Origin: a virus | Lineage: Duplodnaviria; Heunggongvirae; Uroviricota; Caudoviricetes | DNA: 64,000 nt | Virus record (IMG/VR): IMGVR_UViG_3300042905_002309 | Location: 169,278 to 233,277 of that record | Strand: one strand, 5' to 3' | Shown here: positions 41,814 through 49,935 of the stretch, piece by piece | How the letters are laid out: every line of letters starts with the position of its first letter | Position numbering within the stretch: position 1 is the stretch's first letter | Notes under the pieces: model-generated | What the model saw: the letters and a program-made list of their open reading frames with translations, nothing else | Database searches by the model: none | Told to the model about the DNA's origin: nothing | Translations under genes and position numbers: made by a program

Positions 41814-42239
41814 ATGCAAACATTTTTACCATCTAATGATTTTATCGAATGTGCTAAAATACTCGATAAACGGAGACTCAATAAACAGAAGGTTGAATGT
41901 TATCAAATATTAAAAACATTGCATCTAGGTGATAATGCTAAAGGTTGGCGTAATCATCCTATTGTTAAAGCGTGGAGAACACATGAGGAAACATTAATCG
42001 AATATTCATTAATTATTGCCAACGAATGTATCAAACGTGGTATGAAGGATACATTAATACCTAAAATTTCAGAATTTAAAAATTATTTCAAAAATACTAC
42101 ATATCCTTCTTGGTTAGGTGACGAAGCTTTTCATAACACACATAAATCAAATTTAATGCGTAAAGCACCGGAATACTATAAACAATTCAATTGGAAGGTT
42201 CCCAATAATTTACCGTATATTTGGCCTATTGGTAATTGA
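41814..42239 (+). CDS. Pyr_excise-like (pyrimidine-dimer DNA glycosylase family) protein
   Basis: LDKRRLNKQKVECYQIL...GWRNHPIVKAWR...ECIKRG resembles the remembered family pattern LD...L...R.E......GY.NHP...F. Confidence 0.45.
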   Translation: MQTFLPSNDFIECAKILDKRRLNKQKVECYQILKTLHLGDNAKGWRNHPIVKAWRTHEETLIEYSLIIANECIKRGMKDTLIPKISEFKNYFKNTTYPSWLGDEAFHNTHKSNLMRKAPEYYKQFNWKVPNNLPYIWPIGN

Positions 42240-42270
42240 CATTCAATAAGAAGGGGTATATGGTTACGCT

Positions 42271-42666
42271 ATGAAAATTAACAAAGTAAATATGATTAAT
42301 GTAAGTGAATGGGATAAGCTCGTAAAGGATACTTATAAGCGACCATATTGCTTCCAACAACAAGATGGGTGTAAAGATCGAGGAACTTTTCCTATAACTG
42401 TACCAGAGTTTGCAGATGATTATGAAAATGATACTGTTCCAGAAGAGGTCAATCACGAAGAAATGGGTGTAAGTTTTAAGGCATGGCTTAATCGTGACCC
42501 CAAATCACCATTGAAAGACGAAGAAGAGGGTAGTGACACAGAACAATGGGAGATTGATATGTGGTGGGATCGCAACTTCTATCCTAATATTCAAATGATT
42601 GCAAACGATTTACAGGAACGTGGTCTATTAGATGCTGGTGATTATGTGATAAATATTGATTGGTGA
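42271..42666 (+). CDS. hypothetical acidic protein
   Basis: 131-aa ORF. Confidence 0.55.
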   Translation: MKINKVNMINVSEWDKLVKDTYKRPYCFQQQDGCKDRGTFPITVPEFADDYENDTVPEEVNHEEMGVSFKAWLNRDPKSPLKDEEEGSDTEQWEIDMWWDRNFYPNIQMIANDLQERGLLDAGDYVINIDW

Positions 42667-42670
42667 AATT

Positions 42671-42952
42671 ATGAAATGTATACAAACTTACGCAAAATGT
42701 CGTTTGAATAAGGGTACTTGTGGTTATAGTTGCAGATATTTGTTAGTAGAGAAACCTATTACAAAAGTTGCCAAAAAGAAGAAGGTATTTCCTAATGCAA
42801 ATCTTACCCGTATACCTAAATGGTTTAATTATATGTTTGAATGCACGTTGGAACAATGCCCAACTGCAAGAACATTTCCAGAACTTTTGGCCTATAGAGC
42901 GTATCTATTAGGTAAGGCTACTGAAAAATATCCTGCGGATTATACGAAATAA
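42671..42952 (+). CDS. hypothetical protein
   Basis: ATG 42671. Confidence 0.5.
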   Translation: MKCIQTYAKCRLNKGTCGYSCRYLLVEKPITKVAKKKKVFPNANLTRIPKWFNYMFECTLEQCPTARTFPELLAYRAYLLGKATEKYPADYTK

Positions 42953-42953
42953 G

Positions 42954-42982
42954 TTGACTTTGAAATTAGAATAGCATAGAGT
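42954..42982 (+). promoter_or_regulatory. promoter (TTGACT 42954-42959, N17, TAGAGT 42977-42982)
   Basis: Read directly from sequence. Followed by about 280 nt without an ORF. Confidence 0.55.
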
Positions 42983-43270
42983 ATTACTTTCAGAACGAGG
43001 TAGGATTAGAAGTGTCCATCCTTTAAAGAGTGAGTCGAATAAAAGGAATAGTTACATATTCATAAATGGGTGATCCCGTTTAACACGTTCCAAAAGCGTT
43101 AATATGTCCAACATAAATAGACTATTAGATATATGAAGAAGTCTTGGTTGACGGTGTATGAGAAGGTTGGATTAAATCTACAGCACAACGAAAGTAACGG
43201 TAGGCCAAGCTTTAGACTCTTTGGTGTAATAACACAATTCTGAAATTCATTGATAAAATAGAAAGGAAAT

Positions 43271-43513
43271 ATGTTTAAATTTAATAAAAAGTTAATTACG
43301 GTAGATGAAATTCAAAAAGAGGTTGACACTTATGAATGTTGGTCGGTGGAATGGATATCACATACTGGCGATTATTATGCATACAGGAGAAACTGTAAAG
43401 AGTTTTTTACCAAAGAAGATGATGCTAATATATTTCACAAGAATATTGTTGACGCAGGTAAACTTCTTAGATACAACGCATTAACGGTATATCCTGTTAA
43501 AAAAGAAAATTAA
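43271..43513 (+). CDS. hypothetical protein
   Basis: SD AAAGGAAA upstream. Confidence 0.55.
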   Translation: MFKFNKKLITVDEIQKEVDTYECWSVEWISHTGDYYAYRRNCKEFFTKEDDANIFHKNIVDAGKLLRYNALTVYPVKKEN

Positions 43514-43521
43514 AATATTAG

Positions 43522-43550
43522 TTGACTTTGTAACGAAAATAGTAAACAAT
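43522..43550 (+). promoter_or_regulatory. promoter, copy 1 of GTTGACTTTGTAACGAAAATAGTAAA (ATG 43557 lies 6 nt after the -10 box)
   Basis: A 26-27 nt stretch is identical to 43781-43807. Confidence 0.55.
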
Positions 43551-43556
43551 TGATTT

Positions 43557-43778
43557 ATGAAACGTGGTAAAAAATCCTGTACTAATAAGAAAAAATGGGC
43601 AGACACCCTTCCAGACCCACAATTTTGCATAAGGTGTAAGAAAAGTGCTGATGGTTATATCTTAAAAGATAGTATTTTGGATAGTTATACCACAGAAGGT
43701 TCACAACCACCCGCAAAATTGGGCATATGTAAACAATGTAAACAATCGTCTGGAACAAGAATATATTGGTATAAATAG
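43557..43778 (+). CDS. small basic zinc-ribbon protein
   Basis: CIRCKK...CKQCKQ motifs. Probably leaderless. Confidence 0.55.
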   Translation: MKRGKKSCTNKKKWADTLPDPQFCIRCKKSADGYILKDSILDSYTTEGSQPPAKLGICKQCKQSSGTRIYWYK

Positions 43779-43781
43779 TTG

Positions 43782-43810
43782 TTGACTTTGTAACGAAAAT
43801 AGTAAATAAT
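43782..43810 (+). promoter_or_regulatory. promoter, copy 2 of GTTGACTTTGTAACGAAAATAGTAAA, followed by a 9-bp-stem hairpin in the 5' UTR
   Basis: AAACATTGC...GCAATGTTT hairpin at 43813-43848, upstream of the NAD salvage genes. Confidence 0.55.
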
Positions 43811-43880
43811 TGAAACATTGCGATAGATAATAGTTATAAGCAATGTTTAACTGAAATAATAAGATCGAAAGGAAAATATT

Positions 43881-44789
43881 ATGAAGAAAGTAGAGAAACC
43901 TACCGAGGATATCGGAATTGTGATAGGGCGTTTTCAGGTGCATGAACTCCATTCTGCACATTTAGATTTAATTCAAAGTGTTTGCAATGAACATGAGAAA
44001 GTTATTATCTTTCTTGGATTAAGTCCTTTAATGGTTACATCAAATAACCCTTTAGACTTTGAATCCCGTAAACAAATGATTTTAGAGAGTTTTCCAAAAG
44101 TTATTGTAATGTATATTAAAGATAATCCATCTGATGAAGTTTGGTCTAAAGATTTAGATGAAAAAATCCGAGATTTAGCAAGTCCTACGCAATCCGTTGT
44201 CCTATACGGAAGTAGAGATTCTTTCATTACACATTATTCTGGTAAGTATCGTACACAAGAATTGATGCAGGAAACTTATATTTCTGGTTCTGAAATTCGT
44301 AAGAATATTTCAAAGAAGGTTAAATCTTCTGCGGATTTCCGAGCAGGGGTGATTTGGGCTTCTGGAAATCGTTTTCCTACCTGTTTTCCTTGTGTTGATA
44401 TCGCTATCTTCAATGAAGATTATAGTAAGATTCTATTAGCTAGGAAGGCTAAAGAAACACTCTACCGCTTTGTAGGAGGCTTCGCAGACCCTAAATCAGA
44501 CTGTTACGAGACTGATGCCCGTAGAGAGGTTCAAGAGGAAACTGGACTCGAAATTGGGGATTTGAAATATCTTGGTAGTACTATTATCAACGATTTTCGT
44601 TACAGACGAGAAATAGATAAAGTCAAAACACTATTTTTTGTTGGAAAAATCTTATTTGGTCGTCCAGAAGCGAATGATGATATCTGTGAAGTCAAATTCT
44701 TTGATATTGACAAGCTAACGGCTACTGATATGATTCCTGAACATAAGCCATTATTTGATATGTTACAAAAATATTTGAAGAAATCTTAA
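43881..44789 (+). CDS. bifunctional NMN adenylyltransferase / Nudix hydrolase (NadM-Nudix, NatV-like)
   Basis: N-terminal GRFQVHELHSAH nucleotidyltransferase motif. C-terminal Nudix box REVQEETGLE. Confidence 0.8.
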   Translation: MKKVEKPTEDIGIVIGRFQVHELHSAHLDLIQSVCNEHEKVIIFLGLSPLMVTSNNPLDFESRKQMILESFPKVIVMYIKDNPSDEVWSKDLDEKIRDLASPTQSVVLYGSRDSFITHYSGKYRTQELMQETYISGSEIRKNISKKVKSSADFRAGVIWASGNRFPTCFPCVDIAIFNEDYSKILLARKAKETLYRFVGGFADPKSDCYETDARREVQEETGLEIGDLKYLGSTIINDFRYRREIDKVKTLFFVGKILFGRPEANDDICEVKFFDIDKLTATDMIPEHKPLFDMLQKYLKKS

Positions 44790-44790
44790 A

Positions 44791-44982
44791 ATGAACGACT
44801 TATTTGAAAAAGAGCCAATATGCTTTGAAAGTCCTGAAAAGAATGTATGGAAATATATTTTCCACTTTAAAGTGGCTATAGCGGAAGCAGTATTATACCG
44901 TTATAACTCTTTTGAAGATAGGACAGTTCTTTGCGTTTCGGTTTCTAGTGGCTGTAGCGTTGGATTTTTTAGAGGGTTGTAA
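44791..44982 (+). pseudogene. 63-aa remnant resembling the N-terminal region of an RlmN/Cfr-type radical SAM methyltransferase
   Basis: WKYIF...AEAVLY...EDRTVLCVSVSSGC resembles remembered RlmN IKWAIAV...[22 protein letters not shown]. The ORF stops before any CxxxCxxC motif. Confidence 0.35.
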
Positions 44983-45035
44983 GTTATATTTGAAACGAAG
45001 AGAAGAATTGAAAAAAGCATTGAAAGGATAAAATT

Positions 45036-46415
45036 ATGGAAAACAACATTATTACATTGACTGATAGTTATAAATTTACGCATTTTCAACAGTATCCCAA
45101 AGGTACGGAATACATTTACTCATACTTTGAGTCTCGTAATGGAGCCAAGTACAACAAGACTGTGTTTTTCGGTTTGCAATATTACCTTAAAGCATACTTG
45201 CAGGGTACGGTAGTTACTCGTAAGGGTATCGAAAGTGCCGCAAAACTTTGTAAGGCTCACTTTGGTACTGAAAAGAATTTTAATCGTGAGATGTGGGAAT
45301 ACATACTTGAGAAGTATGATGGGAAGCTACCTATCAGCATCAAGGCAGTACCAGAAGGTACTCCTGTATCAGTTTCAAACGTTCTTATGACGGTTGTTAA
45401 TACTGATCCTAAGTGTGCGCCTTTGACGAATCATTTGGAAACATTATTGTCTCAGATTTGGGGAGCTTCGACTGTCGCAAGTCTTTCCTATGAGACATAT
45501 AAATTGATTGAATTTTATCGTGATCGCACAGGAACACGTAATGGAATTAAGTTTGGTTTACATGATTTTGGATTCAGGGGTGTTAGCTCTGTAGAATCTG
45601 CTGGTGTGCTTGGTGCAGGACATTTGCTAAATTTTCTTGGTACTGATACCGTAAAGGCTATGGAAGTGGCAATGGAATACTACAATGCACCACTAGACGG
45701 ATTGGCATATTCAGTCCCGGCTACTGAACATTCGGTCATGACAGCTAGGGGTAAAGAAGGCGAAGAACAAGTTTTTGCTGAATTACTTGGTACATATCCA
45801 GAAGGTATCTTGAGTGTGGTTATCGATTCTTACGACTATAAGAACTTTGTAAATGTAATTGTTCGTAAGTATAAGGATGTGATTCTTGCTCGTAATGGTA
45901 AGCTTGTTTTACGCCCAGATTCGGGCGATCCCACATCTGTAACAATTGATGTGTTTAATATGGTTGCGGATATCTTTGGAACAACTAAAAATGACAAAGG
46001 TTATAAGGAATTACACCCAAAACTTGGTGTTCTATGGGGTGACGGTATTGATTATGCGGGTATCCGTAGCATCTTATTCAGTTTGAGTAATAATATGTAC
46101 TCTACTGATAGTCAAGTTTTTGGTCAAGGTGGAGGCTTACTACAAAAGATCGACAGGGATTTTCAGCGTTTTGCATTTAAATCTTCTGCACAATGCCGTG
46201 AGGGTGTATGGTACGATATCTTTAAAAATCCTTTGGAAGTTAGTAAGGTTTCCAAGAAAGGTAAGTTGAAACTCATTAAAGATGAAAAGGGTGATTTTCA
46301 TACTGTTGGATTAAGTGATCCTCGTCCTGACGAATTAGTTGAAGTGTTTCGTGATGGTGAAATCCTTAAAGAATATACCTTTGACGAAGTTCGTAAGAAT
46401 GTTGGAACTTGGTGA
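45036..46415 (+). CDS. nadV: nicotinamide phosphoribosyltransferase (NadV/NAMPT)
   Basis: NIITLTDSYKFTH..QYP N-terminus, GFRG, and length about 460 aa. Confidence 0.88.
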   Translation: MENNIITLTDSYKFTHFQQYPKGTEYIYSYFESRNGAKYNKTVFFGLQYYLKAYLQGTVVTRKGIESAAKLCKAHFGTEKNFNREMWEYILEKYDGKLPISIKAVPEGTPVSVSNVLMTVVNTDPKCAPLTNHLETLLSQIWGASTVASLSYETYKLIEFYRDRTGTRNGIKFGLHDFGFRGVSSVESAGVLGAGHLLNFLGTDTVKAMEVAMEYYNAPLDGLAYSVPATEHSVMTARGKEGEEQVFAELLGTYPEGILSVVIDSYDYKNFVNVIVRKYKDVILARNGKLVLRPDSGDPTSVTIDVFNMVADIFGTTKNDKGYKELHPKLGVLWGDGIDYAGIRSILFSLSNNMYSTDSQVFGQGGGLLQKIDRDFQRFAFKSSAQCREGVWYDIFKNPLEVSKVSKKGKLKLIKDEKGDFHTVGLSDPRPDELVEVFRDGEILKEYTFDEVRKNVGTW

Positions 46416-46525
46416 TGAAAAAGGACAATATTCTTAACTACATCAGAAAGCATAAAAAGGTTAAGGGAGTCAACAAGAAAACTGTTGACTTCTATACCGA
46501 ATATAAACCGAATAAGAAGGGTTAA
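46415..46525 (+). CDS. 36-aa basic micro-ORF
   Basis: Overlaps the nadV stop by 1 nt (TGATG junction). Low confidence. Confidence 0.25.
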   Translation: MKKDNILNYIRKHKKVKGVNKKTVDFYTEYKPNKKG

Positions 46526-46527
46526 TT

Positions 46528-46950
46528 ATGGCAAATATTCGACAAAGTATTTTAGTTAGAACAGATTTAAACCTTCCTAAAGGATTATCAGAAGCACAAG
46601 TGGCACACATTCATTTTGAGATGTTTAGAAAATTGTTATTAAATGATATTACTAAATCACAGTTAGATAATGATTTTAGTGTTAAAGTTACGATAGATAA
46701 GTCAATTTTAGAATGGTTAGATAGTCCGTATATTTTTGTACACGGTGTACCAAATATGGAAGTCTTGCGTCATTTTATTACACAAGCTAATACACTTAAA
46801 GTTCCTTATACTGAATGGCGAGATACTATCTATGTAAAAGTATCTGAAACACAAAAGATTGTGGTTGAAGATTGCTTAGTAGGTGTGGCCTTTTTGGGTG
46901 ATAGTGACAAGATTCGTGCTATAATTGGTGACTTGCCGTTATTGGGGTAA
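46528..46950 (+). CDS. peptidyl-tRNA hydrolase, PTH2 (archaeal/eukaryotic type)
   Basis: ILVRTDLNLPKGLSEAQVAH matches the remembered PTH2 signature VVRTDL.M.KGK.AAQ..HA. Confidence 0.65.
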   Translation: MANIRQSILVRTDLNLPKGLSEAQVAHIHFEMFRKLLLNDITKSQLDNDFSVKVTIDKSILEWLDSPYIFVHGVPNMEVLRHFITQANTLKVPYTEWRDTIYVKVSETQKIVVEDCLVGVAFLGDSDKIRAIIGDLPLLG

Positions 46951-46954
46951 TATT

Positions 46955-47179
46955 ATGAATATAACCGAAGATATGCAATTTTGTAAACGTGAGCCGTATA
47001 AGATATCATTTTTTGATAGAATTAAATGTATCTTTGGTAAACATGATTGGGGATATTGGGGTACATTTAATGATGAATTTAATTTAGACGATATTACAAA
47101 TGAAAGAACGTGTATGGTTTGTCGTAAACATCAAACCGAAGTTGATTTAAACCTTTCTATCTGGAAAACTGTGAAATAA
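46955..47179 (+). CDS. hypothetical protein
   Basis: ATG 46955. Confidence 0.5.
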   Translation: MNITEDMQFCKREPYKISFFDRIKCIFGKHDWGYWGTFNDEFNLDDITNERTCMVCRKHQTEVDLNLSIWKTVK

Positions 47180-47180
47180 C

Positions 47181-47534
47181 ATGGATTTACGTATGCCATC
47201 ACCGACATCTAGCCCATTTGGTAAGCTAATTGAAAAGCCTTTAGCACAAATGGGATACAGACCTTACAACGGTTCAAATAATCTTTTTGCAAAGACTGTT
47301 GGATATACTTTGTTAGTGGTCGATACAAATGACTTGACGCTAACACAGTTCTTTAGTAAGGTAGATGGGAAAGGTGCAATATATAAGACACATACCATAA
47401 GTGAGGAATGTAATATATTGGATCGTATTAAAGATATTGAAAGTTTTGGATGTAAGTATGATTTTTGTTGGAGCAAGGATTTGAAAGATTTCAGTTTTCT
47501 ATCAATTTCAGAACAGTTAGGATTTATTTTATGA
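47181..47534 (+). CDS. hypothetical protein
   Basis: 117-aa ORF. Confidence 0.55.
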   Translation: MDLRMPSPTSSPFGKLIEKPLAQMGYRPYNGSNNLFAKTVGYTLLVVDTNDLTLTQFFSKVDGKGAIYKTHTISEECNILDRIKDIESFGCKYDFCWSKDLKDFSFLSISEQLGFIL

Positions 47535-47950
47535 AAAATTACATATGGGTTACAGAACAATATTTTAAGAATAAATGGAATGTTACTGACGGTGTATTCT
47601 TTACTAGAAAGGAAGCAAGACAATTTTGCAAAGCCAATCCTCTCTGCAATTTTAGATATAGAAAATATGTCACAGAACAGGTTGTAGCACCAGAACCTCC
47701 GTTTACACGTTATAATATTAATGATATGGTTATGGTTTATTTAACATCTGAGGGTGCAGAAGAATTGATGAATTATAATATAGTACACGCACCAATTTCT
47801 ACATATCAAACAATACCAACTGGATACAATCCCACTACACGTTTATTTAAGACTGAACTTTGGAATCTTATGCTTATTTTTGGACGTTTCTTATATATGG
47901 GCGGTAGACCTATGTTTATTCAAAACATCATTTGTATTAAGAAAGATTAA
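47531..47950 (+). CDS. hypothetical protein
   Basis: ATGA overlap with the upstream gene. Confidence 0.55.
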   Translation: MKNYIWVTEQYFKNKWNVTDGVFFTRKEARQFCKANPLCNFRYRKYVTEQVVAPEPPFTRYNINDMVMVYLTSEGAEELMNYNIVHAPISTYQTIPTGYNPTTRLFKTELWNLMLIFGRFLYMGGRPMFIQNIICIKKD

Positions 47951-47953
47951 TTT

Positions 47954-48127
47954 ATGAATGAAGATACAACCGAGTTAAAGAAGGCGATTAATAATCTAAT
48001 TTGGATGTATAGTCCACAAATGATAACAATCTATAAAGCAGAACAGATTGCTATTGATATCTTGGCTATGATTCAAAGTGGCTATGATATTCAAGAGGTG
48101 CAGGTTTCAAGGATAACACGTTTATGA
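47954..48127 (+). CDS. hypothetical 57-aa protein
   Basis: Below the track size cutoff. ATGA overlap downstream. Confidence 0.4.
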   Translation: MNEDTTELKKAINNLIWMYSPQMITIYKAEQIAIDILAMIQSGYDIQEVQVSRITRL

Positions 48128-48555
48128 GCATAACTAAGGCAATTTCTACTGCTTGGCAGAAAAAAAGAGAACGTGGACATCAATTTATTTACTGGTGTGT
48201 AGATGTTCATGGTGTTATCGTTACCCCTACATACAAGCTTAATAATGATGGTGCATTTTTTTACGAAGTAGGTGTTGAGGGTTTACAGATGATTTCTTCT
48301 GACCCTACCAATAAAATTATTCTATGGAGTTCTTCATATGATGAACCTTTTAAAGCCATAGTTAAACAATTAAGTTTTCGTAATGTACGAGTTGATTATG
48401 TGAACGAAAATCCAGAATGTCCTTCTACAGAACTTTGTGATTTTTCAAAGAAGTTTTACATGGATATTATTTTAGACGATAAAGCAGGATTCGAACCTAA
48501 TGAAGATTGGGAACTCATCTATCAATTTCTTAAAAATAAGAAAGATTATGAATGA
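48124..48555 (+). CDS. HAD-like phosphatase/nucleotidase candidate
   Basis: The N-terminal strand motif CVDVHGVI resembles the HAD DxDGV motif. Weak. Confidence 0.35.
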   Translation: MSITKAISTAWQKKRERGHQFIYWCVDVHGVIVTPTYKLNNDGAFFYEVGVEGLQMISSDPTNKIILWSSSYDEPFKAIVKQLSFRNVRVDYVNENPECPSTELCDFSKKFYMDIILDDKAGFEPNEDWELIYQFLKNKKDYE

Positions 48556-48833
48556 AAACTTGGGAAACACGTTTGAAAGAAGCGGTTCAAAATAAACGCT
48601 TTACCAAAGAAGATGTCAAAGAAGCGCAATTGTGGACTACTGATCCTATCTCCGAAATTAAAGATAAGATAGAACTTAAAAACAATGACATTAAATTTGG
48701 CCCGAAAGATATCTACCTAATCTTAGATGGAATCTTCTTTACCAAAGGTGTCGAAGAGAATGATGTAGCGTTAGCAGAGGCTTGTTACAAGGGAATTCAT
48801 AAAAGAGTTGAAAAACTTTACAAAACAGTTTGA
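48552..48833 (+). CDS. hypothetical protein
   Basis: ATGA overlap with the upstream gene. Its stop lies inside the -35 box of the next promoter. Confidence 0.55.
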   Translation: MKTWETRLKEAVQNKRFTKEDVKEAQLWTTDPISEIKDKIELKNNDIKFGPKDIYLILDGIFFTKGVEENDVALAEACYKGIHKRVEKLYKTV

Positions 48834-48858
48834 CATTTAATAACGAAAAGGGTAATCT
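48830..48858 (+). promoter_or_regulatory. leaderless-type promoter (TTGACA 48830-48835, N17, TAATCT 48853-48858, ATTACAC, ATG 48866)
   Basis: Read directly from sequence. The track TTG start at 48830 is the -35 box. Confidence 0.65.
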
Positions 48859-48865
48859 ATTACAC

Positions 48866-49927
48866 ATGAAAGTATACAACACAGACAAACTACGAATTTG
48901 CAAAAGCGAAGATTATAACTACGTTTTTGACAAGACAAACGGATTCTTCGCTCGTTGGGGTAAAACGAAAGAAGACGATCCTCAGTTCGCACCGATGCCT
49001 GAAATCCTTGATATCGAAGTGACTACCATTTGTTATGGTGTGCCACATATTGATAAAGAGGGTAAACCTACTCCCCGTATCCCTTGTAAATTCTGTTACA
49101 AGTCAAATACATCGAATGGTGTCAATATGCCTTTCTCCAATTTCAAGATCATCCTTGATAAGATGCCTTGGTTGCTTCAAGTAGCCTTTGGTGCTGATTC
49201 AGAGTGTTCTTCAAATCCTGATATCTGGAAAATGATGGGTTACTGCCGTGAGAAGGGTGTCGTGCCTAATATCACTGTAGCTAATATTACTGACGAAACT
49301 GCTGACAATTTGAAGAAATATTGTGGGGCTGTTGCTGTCTCTCGTTATGATAATAAAAACCTCTGCTATGATTCTGTCAAGAAATTAACGGATCGTGGTA
49401 TGGAACAGATTAATATTCACATTTTGGTGTCTGATAACACCTATGATATGGTTATGGAAACTCTTAAAGACCGATTGACCGACAAGCGACTTGAAAAGCT
49501 TAATGCCATCGTACTCTTGAACTTGAAACAAAAAGGTCGTGGTGAGGCGTATAACACCCTTACTGATGATAAATTCAAGGTGCTTGTAGACTTTGCGTTT
49601 GATAATAAGATTACTATTGGGTTTGATTCATGTGGTTGCAACAAGTTTCTACGTGTAATCAAGGATTATCCTAATTTTAAAGAAATGGAAATGGTGTCGG
49701 AACCTTGTGAGTCAAGTTTATTCAGTTCGTACATTGATGCTAACGGAGATTTCTATCCTTGTAGCTTCTGTGAGGGACATTGCAAAGGTTGCTTGTCTTG
49801 GGAAACTGGTTTAAGCGTGTTGAAGGCTGATGATTTCCTCAAGGATATCTGGCATAATGAGAAGACAAAAATTTTTAGGGACGTACTTTTGAAAAATGGT
49901 CGTAATTGCCCTATGTATAATGTGTAA
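48866..49927 (+). CDS. radical SAM enzyme with C-terminal SPASM/twitch-like Cys cluster; atypical C-x17-C-x2-C motif
   Basis: PEILDIEVTTIC-(17 aa)-CKFCY. C-terminal FDSCGC ... EPCESSLFSSYIDANGDFYPCSFCEGHCKGC. Confidence 0.7.
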   Translation: MKVYNTDKLRICKSEDYNYVFDKTNGFFARWGKTKEDDPQFAPMPEILDIEVTTICYGVPHIDKEGKPTPRIPCKFCYKSNTSNGVNMPFSNFKIILDKMPWLLQVAFGADSECSSNPDIWKMMGYCREKGVVPNITVANITDETADNLKKYCGAVAVSRYDNKNLCYDSVKKLTDRGMEQINIHILVSDNTYDMVMETLKDRLTDKRLEKLNAIVLLNLKQKGRGEAYNTLTDDKFKVLVDFAFDNKITIGFDSCGCNKFLRVIKDYPNFKEMEMVSEPCESSLFSSYIDANGDFYPCSFCEGHCKGCLSWETGLSVLKADDFLKDIWHNEKTKIFRDVLLKNGRNCPMYNV

Positions 49928-49935
49928 GGAGTAGT

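Noticed and set aside
21553-41816. Recurrent sequence AGGATTAATATG (21553, 36385, 37555, 41803) as a repeat element
   Set aside because: It is explained by translational coupling. The upstream gene ends (K/E)-D-stop (AAG/GAG GAT TAA), and this supplies the SD for an ATG 2 nt later.
42983-43270. Assigning the long leader to a known riboswitch class (NAD+, PRPP)
   Set aside because: I could not recognise any conserved riboswitch core by eye. A covariance-model scan is required. It is reported only as an unexplained leader.
44950-45035. Possible frameshift at the T-run (GGATTTTTTAGAGG) that would restore a full radical SAM gene
   Set aside because: The +1 frame reads AVALDFLEGCKLYLKRREELKKALKG*, with no CxxxCxxC motif or radical SAM continuation. 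Only about 50 nt remain before nadV.
1243-48865. Track start codons at TTG/GTG positions 1243, 30472, 37797, 48830, 11220, 20595 and others
   Set aside because: These TTG/GTG triplets fall inside -35 boxes (TTGACA/TTGACT) or conserved promoter leaders. In-frame ATGs with an SD or a leaderless geometry lie downstream, so I moved the starts.
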